A stretch of 64,000 bases of DNA from Anaeromyxobacteraceae bacterium (GCA_047602405.1 JASGHJ010000002.1:352001-416000); one strand, 5' to 3'. Counted from the stretch's first letter, positions 46,706 to 57,210 are shown. Numbers and translations are program-made. The notes: generated by a model not told the origin, from the sequence alone.

Positions 46706-47182
46706 ATGAAGGGCGATCCCGGGATCATCGACCTCTTGAACCAGCTCCTCGCGGTCGAGCTGACGGCGGTCCACCAGTACCTCTTGCACGCCCGCATGTG
46801 CGAGAACTGGGGCTACGAGCCGCTGTTCAAGAAGATCCACGGAGAGTGGCACGAGGAGGCCGAGCACGCCGACCACCTCGTGCAGCGGATCCTCTTCCTC
46901 GAGGGCACCCCGGACCTCTCGCGCATGCACCCCATCACCGCGGGCGCGTCCGTCGAGGAGCAGTTCCGCGCCGACCTCGGCATCGAGAGCGGGGCGGTCG
47001 GGGCGCTCAACAAGGGCATCGCGCTCTGCCAGCGGACCGGCGACAACGGCACGGCGGAGCTCCTCGAGCAGATCCTGAAGGACACCGAGGAGCACGCCCA
47101 CTGGCTGGAGAAGCAGCTCACGGCCATCCAGCAGCTGGGCGCCCCCCGCTACCTCGCGGAGCAATTGAACGCTCAGTCCTGA
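46706..47182 (+). CDS. bfr: Bacterioferritin
   Basis: MKGD..IIDLLN..L..ELTAVHQYLLH, EEAEH, RILFLEG.P, EEHAHWLE. Confidence 0.92.
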   Translation: MKGDPGIIDLLNQLLAVELTAVHQYLLHARMCENWGYEPLFKKIHGEWHEEAEHADHLVQRILFLEGTPDLSRMHPITAGASVEEQFRADLGIESGAVGALNKGIALCQRTGDNGTAELLEQILKDTEEHAHWLEKQLTAIQQLGAPRYLAEQLNAQS

Positions 47183-47247
47183 CGCAAGCCGTGCGCCGGG
47201 GCGGCGGGTTGCGTCGGCTTCCCGCGAGCCATTAGGATGCCCTCCGC

Positions 47248-47568
47248 GTGCGCTGGCTCCTCGTCCTCATCCTCGTCACGGGCCTCGCCCCCGACCTCGC
47301 CGAGGTCGCGGAGGCCGTGGTCCACGTGGCGACCGAGGGGCACGCCCCGCACACCGCCACGGACCCTTGCGGCAGCGAGCGCGGGGGCGAGCACGGCTGC
47401 GGCACGACCCTGCACCACTGCTCGTGCTGCCCGAGCCAGGCGCTCGGCACGGGCCGCGAGGTCGTGCGGGTGACCCGACAGGACCTCCCGCAGGAGCCGG
47501 TCGCCGCGGTCCGCACGCTCGAGTCGGGCGGCGAGCCCACCCGGCTGTTCCGCCCTCCGATCGGCTGA
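47248..47568 (+). CDS. Small His/Cys-rich protein upstream of the RND operon (CzcI-like position)
   Basis: EHGCGTTLHHCSCC; ends FRPPIG. Confidence 0.65.
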   Translation: MRWLLVLILVTGLAPDLAEVAEAVVHVATEGHAPHTATDPCGSERGGEHGCGTTLHHCSCCPSQALGTGREVVRVTRQDLPQEPVAAVRTLESGGEPTRLFRPPIG

Positions 47569-47687
47569 GCCGGAAGAGGTCGCCGTGAGCTCCGGCGGGC
47601 CGCGCGCCCGCCGCGGGCTCGCGCCCCGGTGGACCGCGCGCAGGCGCGGTCCCGCTCATCCGTGCATCGGAGTCGCTCGTGACGAAC

Positions 47688-48893
47688 ATGAGGAAGGTGG
47701 CGTGCGCCCTCGCGCTCGCCGCGGCAGGGCCGGCGTGGGCCGCGGACGCGGCGCCTGCCGGGAAGGTGATCCGCTGGGCGGACGTGTGGTCCGCGATCGA
47801 TCGAGACCCGCGGCTCGCCTCGGCGCGCGCGCGGGCCGAGGGGGCGCAGGGCGCGCTCACCGCGGCCGGTACGCCGCCGAACCCGGAGGTGGAGGCGCAG
47901 CTGGGCCGCGGACTCGCGCGGGAGGGCGGCGCCCACCGCGACGAGTGGGGCCTCGCCCTCACGCTCCCGCTCGACTGGCTCACCCGGCGCGGCCCGGCCG
48001 TGGCGGCAGCCCGGGCGACCGTCGAGGAACTCCGCGCCGAGGCCGAGGCGCTGCGCGCCGACGTCGGGACCGAGCTGTGGGGCCTGTACGTGGCGGCCGA
48101 CGCGGGGACCCGCGAGGCGGAGGCGCTCGTCGCGACCCGGGACCAGGTCGAGGCGCTGGCCCGGCTCGTCCGGCGCCGGGTGGAGGCGGGGGAGGGCAGG
48201 CCGGTCGAGGTGCCGCGGGTCGAGCTCGAGCTCGAGCGGGTCCGCGCCGAGGTCGACGCGGCGGCGTCGGCGCGGGACGCCGCGCTCGCGCAGCTGGGCG
48301 TCTGGCTGGGAGGGCCGGTGAGCCGGGTGGAGCCCGCCCCCGCGCTCCCGGTGCCGGCCGCACCCGGCGCGCCCGCGCGCCACCCCAGGGTCCGGGCCGC
48401 GGCGGCGCGGGCCGCCGTCGCGGGCGCGGAGGCCTCGGCGGCGAGGTGGTCCCGGGTCCCGGCGCTCGCGGTCGCCGTCTTCACCGCGAGCGAGCTCGAT
48501 CGCGAGGCCCACGGCGGCCGCGTCACCGTGGAGCTGCCGCTCTGGAACTGGAGGACCGGCGAGGTCCGCCGCGCGGAGGCGCTCGCGGCGGCGGAGGCGA
48601 GCCGGGCGGAGGCCGAGCGGCGCGGCCTCGAGGCGGCCCTCGCGGCGGCCGAGGCGTCCTGCGGCCGGGCCCGCTCCGCGGAGGAGCGCCAGCGCACCGG
48701 CGTCCTGCCGCGCGCCGAGGAGTCGGCGCGGGTGCTCGAGCGGACCTTCCAGCTCGGGGAGACCGGGATCCTCGACGTCATCGACGCCAGGCGGGTGCTG
48801 CTCGAGGCCCGGCGCGCCGCGCTCGCGAGCGCGCGCGACCGCGACCTCGCCTGCGGGTCGCTCATCCTCCTCACCTCCGGAGCGCTGCCATGA
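47688..48893 (+). CDS. TolC/CzcC-type outer membrane efflux protein
   Basis: Signal peptide, PNPEV, LPLWNW, FQLGETGILDVIDARR; operon context. Confidence 0.88.
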   Translation: MRKVACALALAAAGPAWAADAAPAGKVIRWADVWSAIDRDPRLASARARAEGAQGALTAAGTPPNPEVEAQLGRGLAREGGAHRDEWGLALTLPLDWLTRRGPAVAAARATVEELRAEAEALRADVGTELWGLYVAADAGTREAEALVATRDQVEALARLVRRRVEAGEGRPVEVPRVELELERVRAEVDAAASARDAALAQLGVWLGGPVSRVEPAPALPVPAAPGAPARHPRVRAAAARAAVAGAEASAARWSRVPALAVAVFTASELDREAHGGRVTVELPLWNWRTGEVRRAEALAAAEASRAEAERRGLEAALAAAEASCGRARSAEERQRTGVLPRAEESARVLERTFQLGETGILDVIDARRVLLEARRAALASARDRDLACGSLILLTSGALP

Positions 48894-50248
48894 ACCGTTC
48901 GTACCTGACCCTCGCGGCCCTCGCGGCCGTCCTCGCCGGCGGCGCGTGCCGTCGCGGCGAGCCCCCCGCCGCGTCCCCCGCCGCCGGGCAGCCCCCTGGC
49001 CTGCCGGAGGACGTACACGAACACGCCCGCGCGCCGGAGGACGCGCACGACCACGCCGGCGAGGCGGAGCGCTCCGACCTGGACCGCCCGGTCGACGAGC
49101 TCCTCGCGCTCACGTGCGAGCACGGCAAGAAGACGTTCGAGTGCGACGAGTGCCGGTACGAGGTCGGCGTGGTGCGCGTGCCGGCGAAGCTCGTCGACGG
49201 GGGCCTCGTCCGGAAGGCGTCCGCCGCGCGGCGGCGGGTCGAGGCGCCCATCACCCTCACCGGTGAGGTCCGGTTCGACGAGCGGCGGGTCGCCCACGTC
49301 TCGCCTCGCATCGAGGGGACGATCCGGAAGGTCCACGCCTCCCTCGGCGAGCACGTCCGCCGCGGTCAGGCGCTCGTGGAGCTCGAGAGCGTCCCGCTCG
49401 GCGAGGCCGAGAGCGACTACCTCTCCGCCCAGGCGACGCTCCGGCTGGCGCGCGCGAGCGCCGAGCGGCAGGAGCACCTCCGCCAGGAGCAGATCTCCTC
49501 CGAGAAGGAGCACCTCGCCGCGCGCCAGGAGCTCGAGGCGGCCCAGATCCGCGCGCGGGCGGCCGAGGCGAAGCTCTCCAGGCTCGGCGTCGGGGACGGG
49601 GACCTGGCGCGGCTCGGCGCCGGGGGCCAGCGTGCCGGAGGCGGCGGGCTCGTGATCCGCGCGCCCGCCGGAGGCATCGTGCTCGAGATGCACGCCGTCC
49701 CCGGCGAGCTCGTGAAGGCGGACGAGAGCATCGTGACGGTGGGGGACGTGTCGTCGGTGTGGGTGTGGGCAGACCTCCTCGAGGATCAGCTCGGCCGCGT
49801 GCTCGAGGCCCAGCGCGACGGGAGGCTGCGCGCCGAGATCGGCGTGAAGGCGTTCCCGGAGGTCGCGTTCCAGGGGACCGTGGAGTTCGTCGGCCCGTCG
49901 ATGGACGAGCGGACGCGGACCGTGAAGGTGCGCGTCTCGGTGGCGAACCCCGACGCGAGGCTCCGCGCCGGGATGTTCGCGAGCGTCCGGATGTTCCTGC
50001 CCGGGCCCCAGGAGGCGCTCGCCGTGCCTGCCGCCGCGGTCATGGCCGACGAGGGCCGCACCTTCGTCTTCGTCCACCACCACGGGGACTTCTGGATCCG
50101 GCGGCCCATCGAGCCGGGGCGGCGGTGGGGCGAGTGGGTCGAGGTGAAGGAGGGCCTGCAGGGGGCGGAGACGCTCGCCGCCGACGGGGCCTTCCTCCTG
50201 AAGTCGGACGTGCTGCGCTCGAAGATGGGCGCGGGCTGCGCGGACTAG
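48890..50248 (+). CDS. RND periplasmic adaptor (CzcB/CusB-like)
   Basis: ATGA overlap; VSPRIEG, IRAPAGG, TRTVKVR, LRAGMF; His/Cys-rich N-terminus. Confidence 0.9.
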   Translation: MNRSYLTLAALAAVLAGGACRRGEPPAASPAAGQPPGLPEDVHEHARAPEDAHDHAGEAERSDLDRPVDELLALTCEHGKKTFECDECRYEVGVVRVPAKLVDGGLVRKASAARRRVEAPITLTGEVRFDERRVAHVSPRIEGTIRKVHASLGEHVRRGQALVELESVPLGEAESDYLSAQATLRLARASAERQEHLRQEQISSEKEHLAARQELEAAQIRARAAEAKLSRLGVGDGDLARLGAGGQRAGGGGLVIRAPAGGIVLEMHAVPGELVKADESIVTVGDVSSVWVWADLLEDQLGRVLEAQRDGRLRAEIGVKAFPEVAFQGTVEFVGPSMDERTRTVKVRVSVANPDARLRAGMFASVRMFLPGPQEALAVPAAAVMADEGRTFVFVHHHGDFWIRRPIEPGRRWGEWVEVKEGLQGAETLAADGAFLLKSDVLRSKMGAGCAD

Positions 50249-50257
50249 GGGCGCACG

Positions 50258-53200
50258 ATGCCGAACGTCGAGTGGCTCCTGAAGCACCGCGCCCTGGTCC
50301 TGGTCGTCACCGCCGCGCTGTCCGTGGCGGGCTGGCTCGCCTGGCAGCGCCTCCCCATCGACGCCTTCCCGGACGTGACCAACACCCAGGTCATGGTCCT
50401 CACGAAGGCGCCCGGCCTCGCCGCCGTGGACGTCGAGCAGCGGGTCAGCTTCCCCATCGAGCAGGCGATGCGGGGGCTTCCCCGCGTCACGCAGGTGCGC
50501 TCGCTCTCCCGGGCCGAGCTGTCGCAGGTCGTGATCGTCTTCGAGGACGGCGCGGAGACCTACTGGACCCGGCAGCTCGTCTTCGAGCGGCTCGCCGGGG
50601 CCCGGGACGCGCTGCCGCCCGGGGTCGAGCCGGAGCTCGGGCCGACCTCGACCGGGCTCGGGGAGGTCTTCCAGTACACGCTGGAGGGGGAGGGGCTCTC
50701 CGCGATGGACCTCCGGACGATCCAGGACTGGATCCTGGCGCCGCAGCTGCGGCCCATCCCCGGCGTCAACGAGGTGAACAGCTTCGGCGGCGAGGTGAAG
50801 CAGTACCAGGTGCTCGTCCACCCGGATCGCCTGGTCAAGTACCGGCTCGGCGTCCGCGACGTCTCCGAGGCGATCGAGCGGTCGAACGGGAACGCCGGCG
50901 GCGGGGTCGTCGTCTCCGGGTGGGAGCAGACGTACCTGCGCGGCGTCGGGCTCGTGCGCGACGTCGCGGACATCGAGCGCATCGTGCTCGGCGCCCACGA
51001 CGGCTCCCCCGTCTACCTCCGCGACGTCGCCGACGTCGTCATCGGCGCGGAGCCCCGGCAGGGCGCCGTCACCCGGGACGGCAAGGGCGAGGCCGTGGCG
51101 GGCATGGTGATCATGCTGAAGGGGGCGAACGCGAAGGACGTCGTCGCGGGCGTGAAGGACGCCATCGACGCGGCGCGCGCCACGCTCCCCGCCGGCGCGC
51201 GGATCAGCGTCTTCTACGACCGGACCTCCCTCATCGAGGCGTGCATCGAGACCGTGGTCGACGCGCTGCTCGAGGGTGGCATCTTCGTGGTCCTGATCCT
51301 GTTCCTCTTCGTGGCCGAGCTGCGCACGTCGATGGTCGTGCTGTTCTCGCTCCCGTTCACGTTCCTGGTCTCGTTCATCGTGATGGGCTGGGCGGGGCTG
51401 ACCTCCAACCTCATGTCGCTCGGCGGCCTCGCGTTCTCGGTCGGCATGGTCGTGGACGCGTCGATCGTCGTGGTCGAGAACGTGCGACGCCACCTCGCCG
51501 ACGATGGCGGGCGGAGCCGCGAGGACGTCGTCGCGATGGCCCTCCGGGAGGTGGCCCGGCCGGTGGCGTTCTCGGTGCTCGTCATCGCCGTCATCCTCGT
51601 GCCGCTCTACGCGCTGCAGGGCGTCGAGGGGAAGATGTTCGCGCCGCTGGCGACGACGCTGCTCATCGCGCTGCTCGTGTCGCTCGGCGTCGCGCTGACC
51701 GTGATCCCCGTGCTCTCCGCCACCCTGCTGCGGCAGGCCCCGGAGAAGGAGTTCGGGTTCGTCCGGCGGATCCACCAGGGCTACCTCCGCCTGCTGCGCC
51801 GCGCGGTCGCCCACCCGAGGCGGACCTTCGCCGTGAGCACCGTGCTCCTCGTGCTCTCCGCCGCGCTCGTCCCGCTCGTCGGGACGGAGTTCATGCCGCC
51901 GCTCGACGAGGGGTCGATCGCGATCAACGTCGTGAGGCTGCCGAACGCGTCGCTCGCCGGCTCGGTGAACGTGGCGACCTACATGGAGCAGCGGCTCCGG
52001 GCGTTCCCGGAGGTCGAGGCGGTCGTATCGAAGACCGGCCGGGCCGAGATCTCCGAGGACCCCATGGGCCCCGAGCAGTCGGACGTCTTCGTCATGCTGA
52101 GGCCGCGCAGCGCCTGGGGCACCGGCCGCGACAAGGCCGCGCTCGTCGAGGCGATCCGCGCGGAGCTCTCGGACGTCCCTGGCCTGCGCCTGTCCTTCTC
52201 CCAGCCCATCGCGCTCCGCGTGAACGAGCTCATCTCGGGCGTGAAGAGCGATCTCGCCGTGAAGGTGTTCGGGCCCGACCTCGAGGTGCTGAAGGGCTTC
52301 GCCGACCGGATCGGCGCGGCGGTCGGCGGCGTGCCGGGCGCCGGCGACGTGAAGGTGGAGCAGGTCTCGGGCATGCCCCAGTACGACCTCGAGCTCGATC
52401 GCGAGGCGGCGGCGCGCCACGGCATCCGCGTCGGCGACGTCAACGACACGATCGAGACCGCGATCGGCGGGCGCGTCGCGTCGACCCTGATCGAGGGGCA
52501 GCGGCGGTTCGCCATCACGGTCCGCTTCCCGGAGGAGCGCCGCCGGGACCTCGAGCAGATCGGCGCCCTGCTCGTGCCCGCCCCGGACGGCACCCGCGTG
52601 CCGCTGGCGCAGCTCGCGAAGGTGAAGCTCGTCGAGGCGCCTGCCCAGGTCAGCCGGGAGAACGGGATGCGGCGGGTGGTGGTCGAGGCGAACGTCCGCG
52701 GCCGCGACCTCGGCGGGTTCGTCGAGGACGTCCGCGCGCGCATCCAGGGCATCGAGAAGGAGCTGCCCGCGGGGTACTACCTGCGCCTCGGCGGGCAGTT
52801 CGAGAACCAGGAGCGCGCCATGCGGCGCCTCGCGATCGTCGTGCCGGTCGCGCTCGCGCTCGTCTTCCTGCTCCTCTACCTCGCGCTGGGGTCGGTGGCC
52901 CACGCGGGGCTCGTGCTCCTCAACCTGCCGTTCGCGCTCGTGGGCGGCGTGATCGCGGTGGTCCTCTTCCGGATGCCGCTCTCGGTCTCGGCGGCGGTCG
53001 CGTTCATCGTGCTCCTCGGGATCGCCGTCCAGAACGGCGTGGTGCTGGTGGCGTTCTTCCGGCAGCTCCGCGAGCGCGGGCTCTCGGTCGCCGAGACGGT
53101 CGAGCAGGGCTGCGACCTCCGCTTCAGGCCGCTCCTCATGACCGCGCTGACGAGCTTCATCGGCCACCTGCCCATGCTGTACGCGACCGGCTCGGGGGCG

Positions 53201-53368
53201 GACATCCAGCGGCCGCTCGCGGTGGTCGTGATGGGGGGCCTCGTGACCTCGACGCTCCTCACGCTGCTCGTGCTCCCGACGCTCTACGCGTTCCTCGCAG
53301 GACGACGGGAGGTGAGGGCGGGGGCGCAGGCGGCGGTCGCTCGAACGCCCGCAGAGGGACATGCATGA
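50258..53368 (+). CDS. czcA: Heavy-metal efflux RND permease (CzcA/CusA family)
   Basis: LPIDAFPDVTN.QV, NLMSLGGLA, GMVVDASIVVVEN, EGKMFAP, RFRPLLMTA, QRPLAVVVMGGL. Confidence 0.93.
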   Translation: MPNVEWLLKHRALVLVVTAALSVAGWLAWQRLPIDAFPDVTNTQVMVLTKAPGLAAVDVEQRVSFPIEQAMRGLPRVTQVRSLSRAELSQVVIVFEDGAETYWTRQLVFERLAGARDALPPGVEPELGPTSTGLGEVFQYTLEGEGLSAMDLRTIQDWILAPQLRPIPGVNEVNSFGGEVKQYQVLVHPDRLVKYRLGVRDVSEAIERSNGNAGGGVVVSGWEQTYLRGVGLVRDVADIERIVLGAHDGSPVYLRDVADVVIGAEPRQGAVTRDGKGEAVAGMVIMLKGANAKDVVAGVKDAIDAARATLPAGARISVFYDRTSLIEACIETVVDALLEGGIFVVLILFLFVAELRTSMVVLFSLPFTFLVSFIVMGWAGLTSNLMSLGGLAFSVGMVVDASIVVVENVRRHLADDGGRSREDVVAMALREVARPVAFSVLVIAVILVPLYALQGVEGKMFAPLATTLLIALLVSLGVALTVIPVLSATLLRQAPEKEFGFVRRIHQGYLRLLRRAVAHPRRTFAVSTVLLVLSAALVPLVGTEFMPPLDEGSIAINVVRLPNASLAGSVNVATYMEQRLRAFPEVEAVVSKTGRAEISEDPMGPEQSDVFVMLRPRSAWGTGRDKAALVEAIRAELSDVPGLRLSFSQPIALRVNELISGVKSDLAVKVFGPDLEVLKGFADRIGAAVGGVPGAGDVKVEQVSGMPQYDLELDREAAARHGIRVGDVNDTIETAIGGRVASTLIEGQRRFAITVRFPEERRRDLEQIGALLVPAPDGTRVPLAQLAKVKLVEAPAQVSRENGMRRVVVEANVRGRDLGGFVEDVRARIQGIEKELPAGYYLRLGGQFENQERAMRRLAIVVPVALALVFLLLYLALGSVAHAGLVLLNLPFALVGGVIAVVLFRMPLSVSAAVAFIVLLGIAVQNGVVLVAFFRQLRERGLSVAETVEQGCDLRFRPLLMTALTSFIGHLPMLYATGSGADIQRPLAVVVMGGLVTSTLLTLLVLPTLYAFLAGRREVRAGAQAAVARTPAEGHA

Positions 53369-53408
53369 CGCCCCCGCGGGCCCCAGGTTGGCCGGATCGG
53401 AGGCTTCG

Positions 53409-53825
53409 ATGACGCAACCCTTCACCGTGCAATCCGGGATCTTCACGCCAGGCACCACCGCGGCGGTGGTCCGCTACCAGGTCGGCGACGTGGACCGGGC
53501 GGTGGCCTTCTACACCCGGCACCTCGGCTTCGTGCTGACGCAGCGGGCGGGGCCGGTCGGGATCGTGTCGCGGGGCGACCTGCACCTCCTGCTGAGCGGC
53601 CCCACGGCCTCCGGCTCGCGGACGGTGTTCGATGGCCGTCGGCAGGGGCCCGGGGGCTGGAACCGCGTGGTGCTCTACGTCGAGAGCCTGGACGCCGCGA
53701 TGGCGGACCTGAAGGCGGCGGGCGCGCGGTTCAGGAACGACGTCGAGGCGGGGCCGGGGGGCAAGCAGGTGCTGCTCGACGATCCCGACGGGAACGCGGT
53801 CGAGCTGCACGAGGGCCCGCGGTAG
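53409..53825 (+). CDS. VOC/glyoxalase family protein
   Basis: VRYQVGDVDRAVAFY, GPGGKQVLLDDPDGNAVEL. Confidence 0.88.
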   Translation: MTQPFTVQSGIFTPGTTAAVVRYQVGDVDRAVAFYTRHLGFVLTQRAGPVGIVSRGDLHLLLSGPTASGSRTVFDGRRQGPGGWNRVVLYVESLDAAMADLKAAGARFRNDVEAGPGGKQVLLDDPDGNAVELHEGPR

Positions 53826-53924
53826 GGTGAACGCACCGACCCGATCGGGCTCCGGTGCGGATCGCCTGTCCCATCGAAACACGGCGGCGGGTGAGAGCGG
53901 GCTCACCCTCACCTCGAGGTCACC

Positions 53925-54431
53925 TTGCGCACGTTCGTCCCGTCCCTCGTCGTCTCCACGCTCCTCCTCGGCGGTTGCGACTCGCGCCGCGAGCCCTCGG
54001 TGGCCGCGGACCCGGTGACCCTCGAGGTCCAGGGTCTCGCCCAGGACGGCTCGGTCTCCGCCATCCCGGGCGGCGGCGCGCCGCCCTCCGTCGCGAACGG
54101 CACCGATTTCGGCGACTGGACGGCGGGCACCCTCGGGAACCCCATCGGCCCGAAGTTCGCCATGTTCCGCGTGGTGAACGTGGGCGACCACGACGTCGTC
54201 CTCCGCGGTCCGCCGTTCGTCGAGGTCGCCTCTGGCGAGACGGCCCGCTTCGCGCTCCTCGACGTGTGCGCCGCCACGCTCGCGCCCGGGCAGGCGATGA
54301 CGTTCTCGATCGGCTTCGACGGCCTGGGCGAGTTCGGCCCGCACGAGGCGACCGTCGCGGTCCACCTCGCGAGCGGCGAGGACTTCACGTTCGGCATCCG
54401 CGGCACGAGCGTGCCGACGGGGCAGCATTAG
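53925..54431 (+). CDS. Putative lipoprotein (Ig-like)
   Basis: GAGG RBS, TTG start, lipobox LLGGC. Confidence 0.6.
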   Translation: MRTFVPSLVVSTLLLGGCDSRREPSVAADPVTLEVQGLAQDGSVSAIPGGGAPPSVANGTDFGDWTAGTLGNPIGPKFAMFRVVNVGDHDVVLRGPPFVEVASGETARFALLDVCAATLAPGQAMTFSIGFDGLGEFGPHEATVAVHLASGEDFTFGIRGTSVPTGQH

Positions 54432-54491
54432 GTAGCGCCCCGCGAGGGCTGCCCGGGCGCTCGGGACGGGCGCCCGGGTAAGCTCACCCTC

Positions 54492-54974
54492 ATGCCGAAG
54501 AAGACCTCGAAGAAGGCGGCCCGGCGGCCTGCGTCGCGCGCCACGAAGGCGAGGCCCGCGCGCGCGGCAAGGCGGCCCGCCTCGAGAGGCCCGATCACCA
54601 CGAAGACCGGAGCTCCGGTCCCGGCGTACCTCGCGTCGCTCGACCCCGCGACCCGCGCCGACTGCGAGCGCCTCCACGCGTGGATGGCCGCCGCGACCGG
54701 CGATGCGGGCGCGATGTACGGGAAGGCGATCGTCGGCTACGGCACGATCACGATCCGGTACGCCGGCGGCCGGGAGGCGCCCTGGATGAAGATGGGCTTC
54801 TCGCCGCGCAAGCAGGCGCTGACGCTGTACGGCGTGCTCTCCGCCGCGTCGCCGGCGCTCCTCGCGAAGCTCGGAAAGCACGCCACCGGCAAGGGCTGCC
54901 TCTACGTGAAGCGGCTCGCCGACGTCGACGCCGGCGCGCTCGAGCAGATCATCCACGCCGCCGGGGCGCGCTGA
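54492..54974 (+). CDS. DUF1801-like protein
   Basis: IVGYG, GFSPRKQALTLY, LGKHATGKGCLYVKRL; basic N-terminal tail. Confidence 0.85.
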   Translation: MPKKTSKKAARRPASRATKARPARAARRPASRGPITTKTGAPVPAYLASLDPATRADCERLHAWMAAATGDAGAMYGKAIVGYGTITIRYAGGREAPWMKMGFSPRKQALTLYGVLSAASPALLAKLGKHATGKGCLYVKRLADVDAGALEQIIHAAGAR

Positions 54975-55058
54975 ACGGCGCTCCCCGCCGCCCCCACCGG
55001 GCCGGGCGCGCGGGCGGTGGCCGGTTACCCCTCGGTCCTCTCCTCCCGGAGGTCCGCC

Positions 55059-55490
55059 ATGGGGTTCTTCGAGACGCTCTGGTCGTCGCCGCGCTCGACG
55101 CCGCTCTCCCGCTACGTCGGCTGGAACGGCCTCCTCTACCTGGCCTTCGGGCTCCAGCTCTACTTCTGGCCGGGCGCGGCGCAGGTGCTCACCGGCGCGC
55201 CACCGTTCCAGGCCGGGGAGGCGGGCCTCGTGCGGCTCGCCGGGTTCTCGCTCGCGGTCATCGGCTGGTTCTACGTGATGGGCGCTCGCACCCGGGCCGA
55301 CTCGTTCGGCCTCGCCACGGTGGTGGACCGCTTGCTCGTGCCGTTCTTCCTCGGCCCGCTCGCCGCGACGGGCGCGGTGGACCTCCACCTCGTCGGCCCG
55401 TTCCTCGTGATCGACCCGGTGCTCGGGATCGGCGCGTGGATCGTCTGGCGCCGATCGGCGGCGGTCGCCGCCCCCGCGGCGACACCGTGA
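55059..55490 (+). CDS. Hypothetical 4-TM membrane protein
   Basis: GGAGG RBS; hydrophobic helices. Confidence 0.7.
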   Translation: MGFFETLWSSPRSTPLSRYVGWNGLLYLAFGLQLYFWPGAAQVLTGAPPFQAGEAGLVRLAGFSLAVIGWFYVMGARTRADSFGLATVVDRLLVPFFLGPLAATGAVDLHLVGPFLVIDPVLGIGAWIVWRRSAAVAAPAATP

Positions 55491-55561
55491 GGGGCTCGCC
55501 AGCTCGCCCGGTCAGCTGAGCCGGCTCGCGACGACGCACATTGCCGGGAGGAGGTCCTGTC

Positions 55562-57203
55562 ATGCACTCCCGGCGCGTCGTCCTCGTCGGCATCGTCGCT
55601 CTCGCCCTGGGCTGCGGGGGCGGCGGAGGTGGCGGAGGCGGAGGCGGTGGGGGTGGCGGCGGTGGGGGTGGAGGGGGCGGTGGCAGCGGGCCGACGATGC
55701 TCGCGCTCACCGTGGCCACGGACGGCCCCGGCACCGCCGACCTCACCGTCGCCGGCGTGACGAACCCCTGCCAGGGATTCGTGCACGGTGTCCTTGAGCG
55801 CGGGCACCTCCGTGGCCGCCTCGGCGCGGCCGGACGACGGCGCGAGCTTCACCGGCTGGTCGGGCGCCTGCTCGGGCACCGGGCCGTGCAGCTTCACGCT
55901 GACCGTCGCGGCCACCCTCACCGCGCACTTCGAATGGCCCGCGCCGCCGCCCTCGCCTCCACCTCCTCCGCCGCCTGCACCACCTCCGCCCACGCCACCG
56001 CCGGCCCCACCGCCCGCGCCTCCGCCGCCCGTGATCCGTACGCTCACCGTGGCGCTGAGCGGCGATGGCGCCGGTGAGGTGGCGAGCGACCCGGCCGGCG
56101 TGACGTGCGGCTCGGCATGCCGCGCGGAGTTCCCCGACGGGACGAAGGTCCGCCTCACGCCCACGGCGGCCGCGGGGTCGACCTTCACCGGCTGGACCGG
56201 CGCCTGCACCGGGGCGGCGGCGTGCGAGCTCACGCTCACCGCGGACGCGTCGGTGGGCGCCGCCTTCGCGCTCGTGCCGCGAAAGCCCTACGCGCTCGTC
56301 GAGGTGCCGTCGCCGGATCCCGACGGGTACGTGATCCCCTACGCGATGAACGTCCACGGGGACGTCGTGGGCGCGTACGCGACGCCGCGCCTCACCGCGC
56401 GGGCGTTCATCGCGCGCGGTGGCGGTCCGCTCGAGCTGATCGGCCCGCTCGATCGCTGGACGCAGGCGCTCGCGGTGAACGACGCGGGGGTGGTCGCCGT
56501 GGCGGAGCAGGACTTCCGCAAGGTCGCCCGCTGGACGCCGGGACGGTACGAGGTGCTCGAGGACGCGCCCGGCACCCTTGGCAGCTACGCCACCGCCATC
56601 GGGCCGGACGGGACCATCGTCGGCCGCGCGTGGCTCGCGGCGGGAGCGGCGGCGTTCGCGGCCCCGGCGGGGAAGGTGGTGCTCCTCCCGGCGCTCCCGG
56701 GGGCCATGTTCTGCGCCGCGAACGCGCTGAACGCGGCGGGGGTCGTGGTGGGAGGCTGCGACTCGACCGCGGTCTCGTGGAAGGTCTCGGGGCCGGTGGC
56801 CCTGCCCGTGGAGCCGTCCGCGAACGCGCGTGGCGTGAACGACGCGGGGATGGTCTGCGGGACCGCCCGCGGTGCGTACAAGCACCTCGAGGGCTTCGTG
56901 CTCGACTCCTGGACGGGCGAGGTGCGGTACCAGACGCCGACGGCGCCCCACTTCGCGGTCGCGCTCGCGGCCATCGACCCCGCGGGCGTCGCGGTGGGGC
57001 AGGCGATGCTGCTCACCAGCTGGTCGGACGCGATCCTGGTCCGGGCCGGCGAGGTCCAGTACCTGAAGGACCTCGTCGACCCGCTGCCGGTCGACTGGCC
57101 GATCGAATCGGCGATCGCGATCAACGCGCGCGGTGAGGTGCTCGTCACCGGTCACGCGTACGTCGGAGGCCGGATCCACGCGGCCGTGCTGCACCCGCGC
57201 TGA
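55562..57203 (+). CDS. Lipoprotein with poly-Gly, two InlB-B-like repeats, poly-Pro and HAF-like repeats; +1 frameshift at 55776-55780
   Basis: Lipobox ALGC; F(T)GWSGAC.G...C twice; A.A.N..G.VVG repeats; about 546 aa if repaired. Confidence 0.75.
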
Positions 57204-57210
57204 AGCCGGC

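Noticed and set aside
47276..53458. 2060-aa minus-strand ORF
   Set aside because: Antisense shadow of the RND efflux operon
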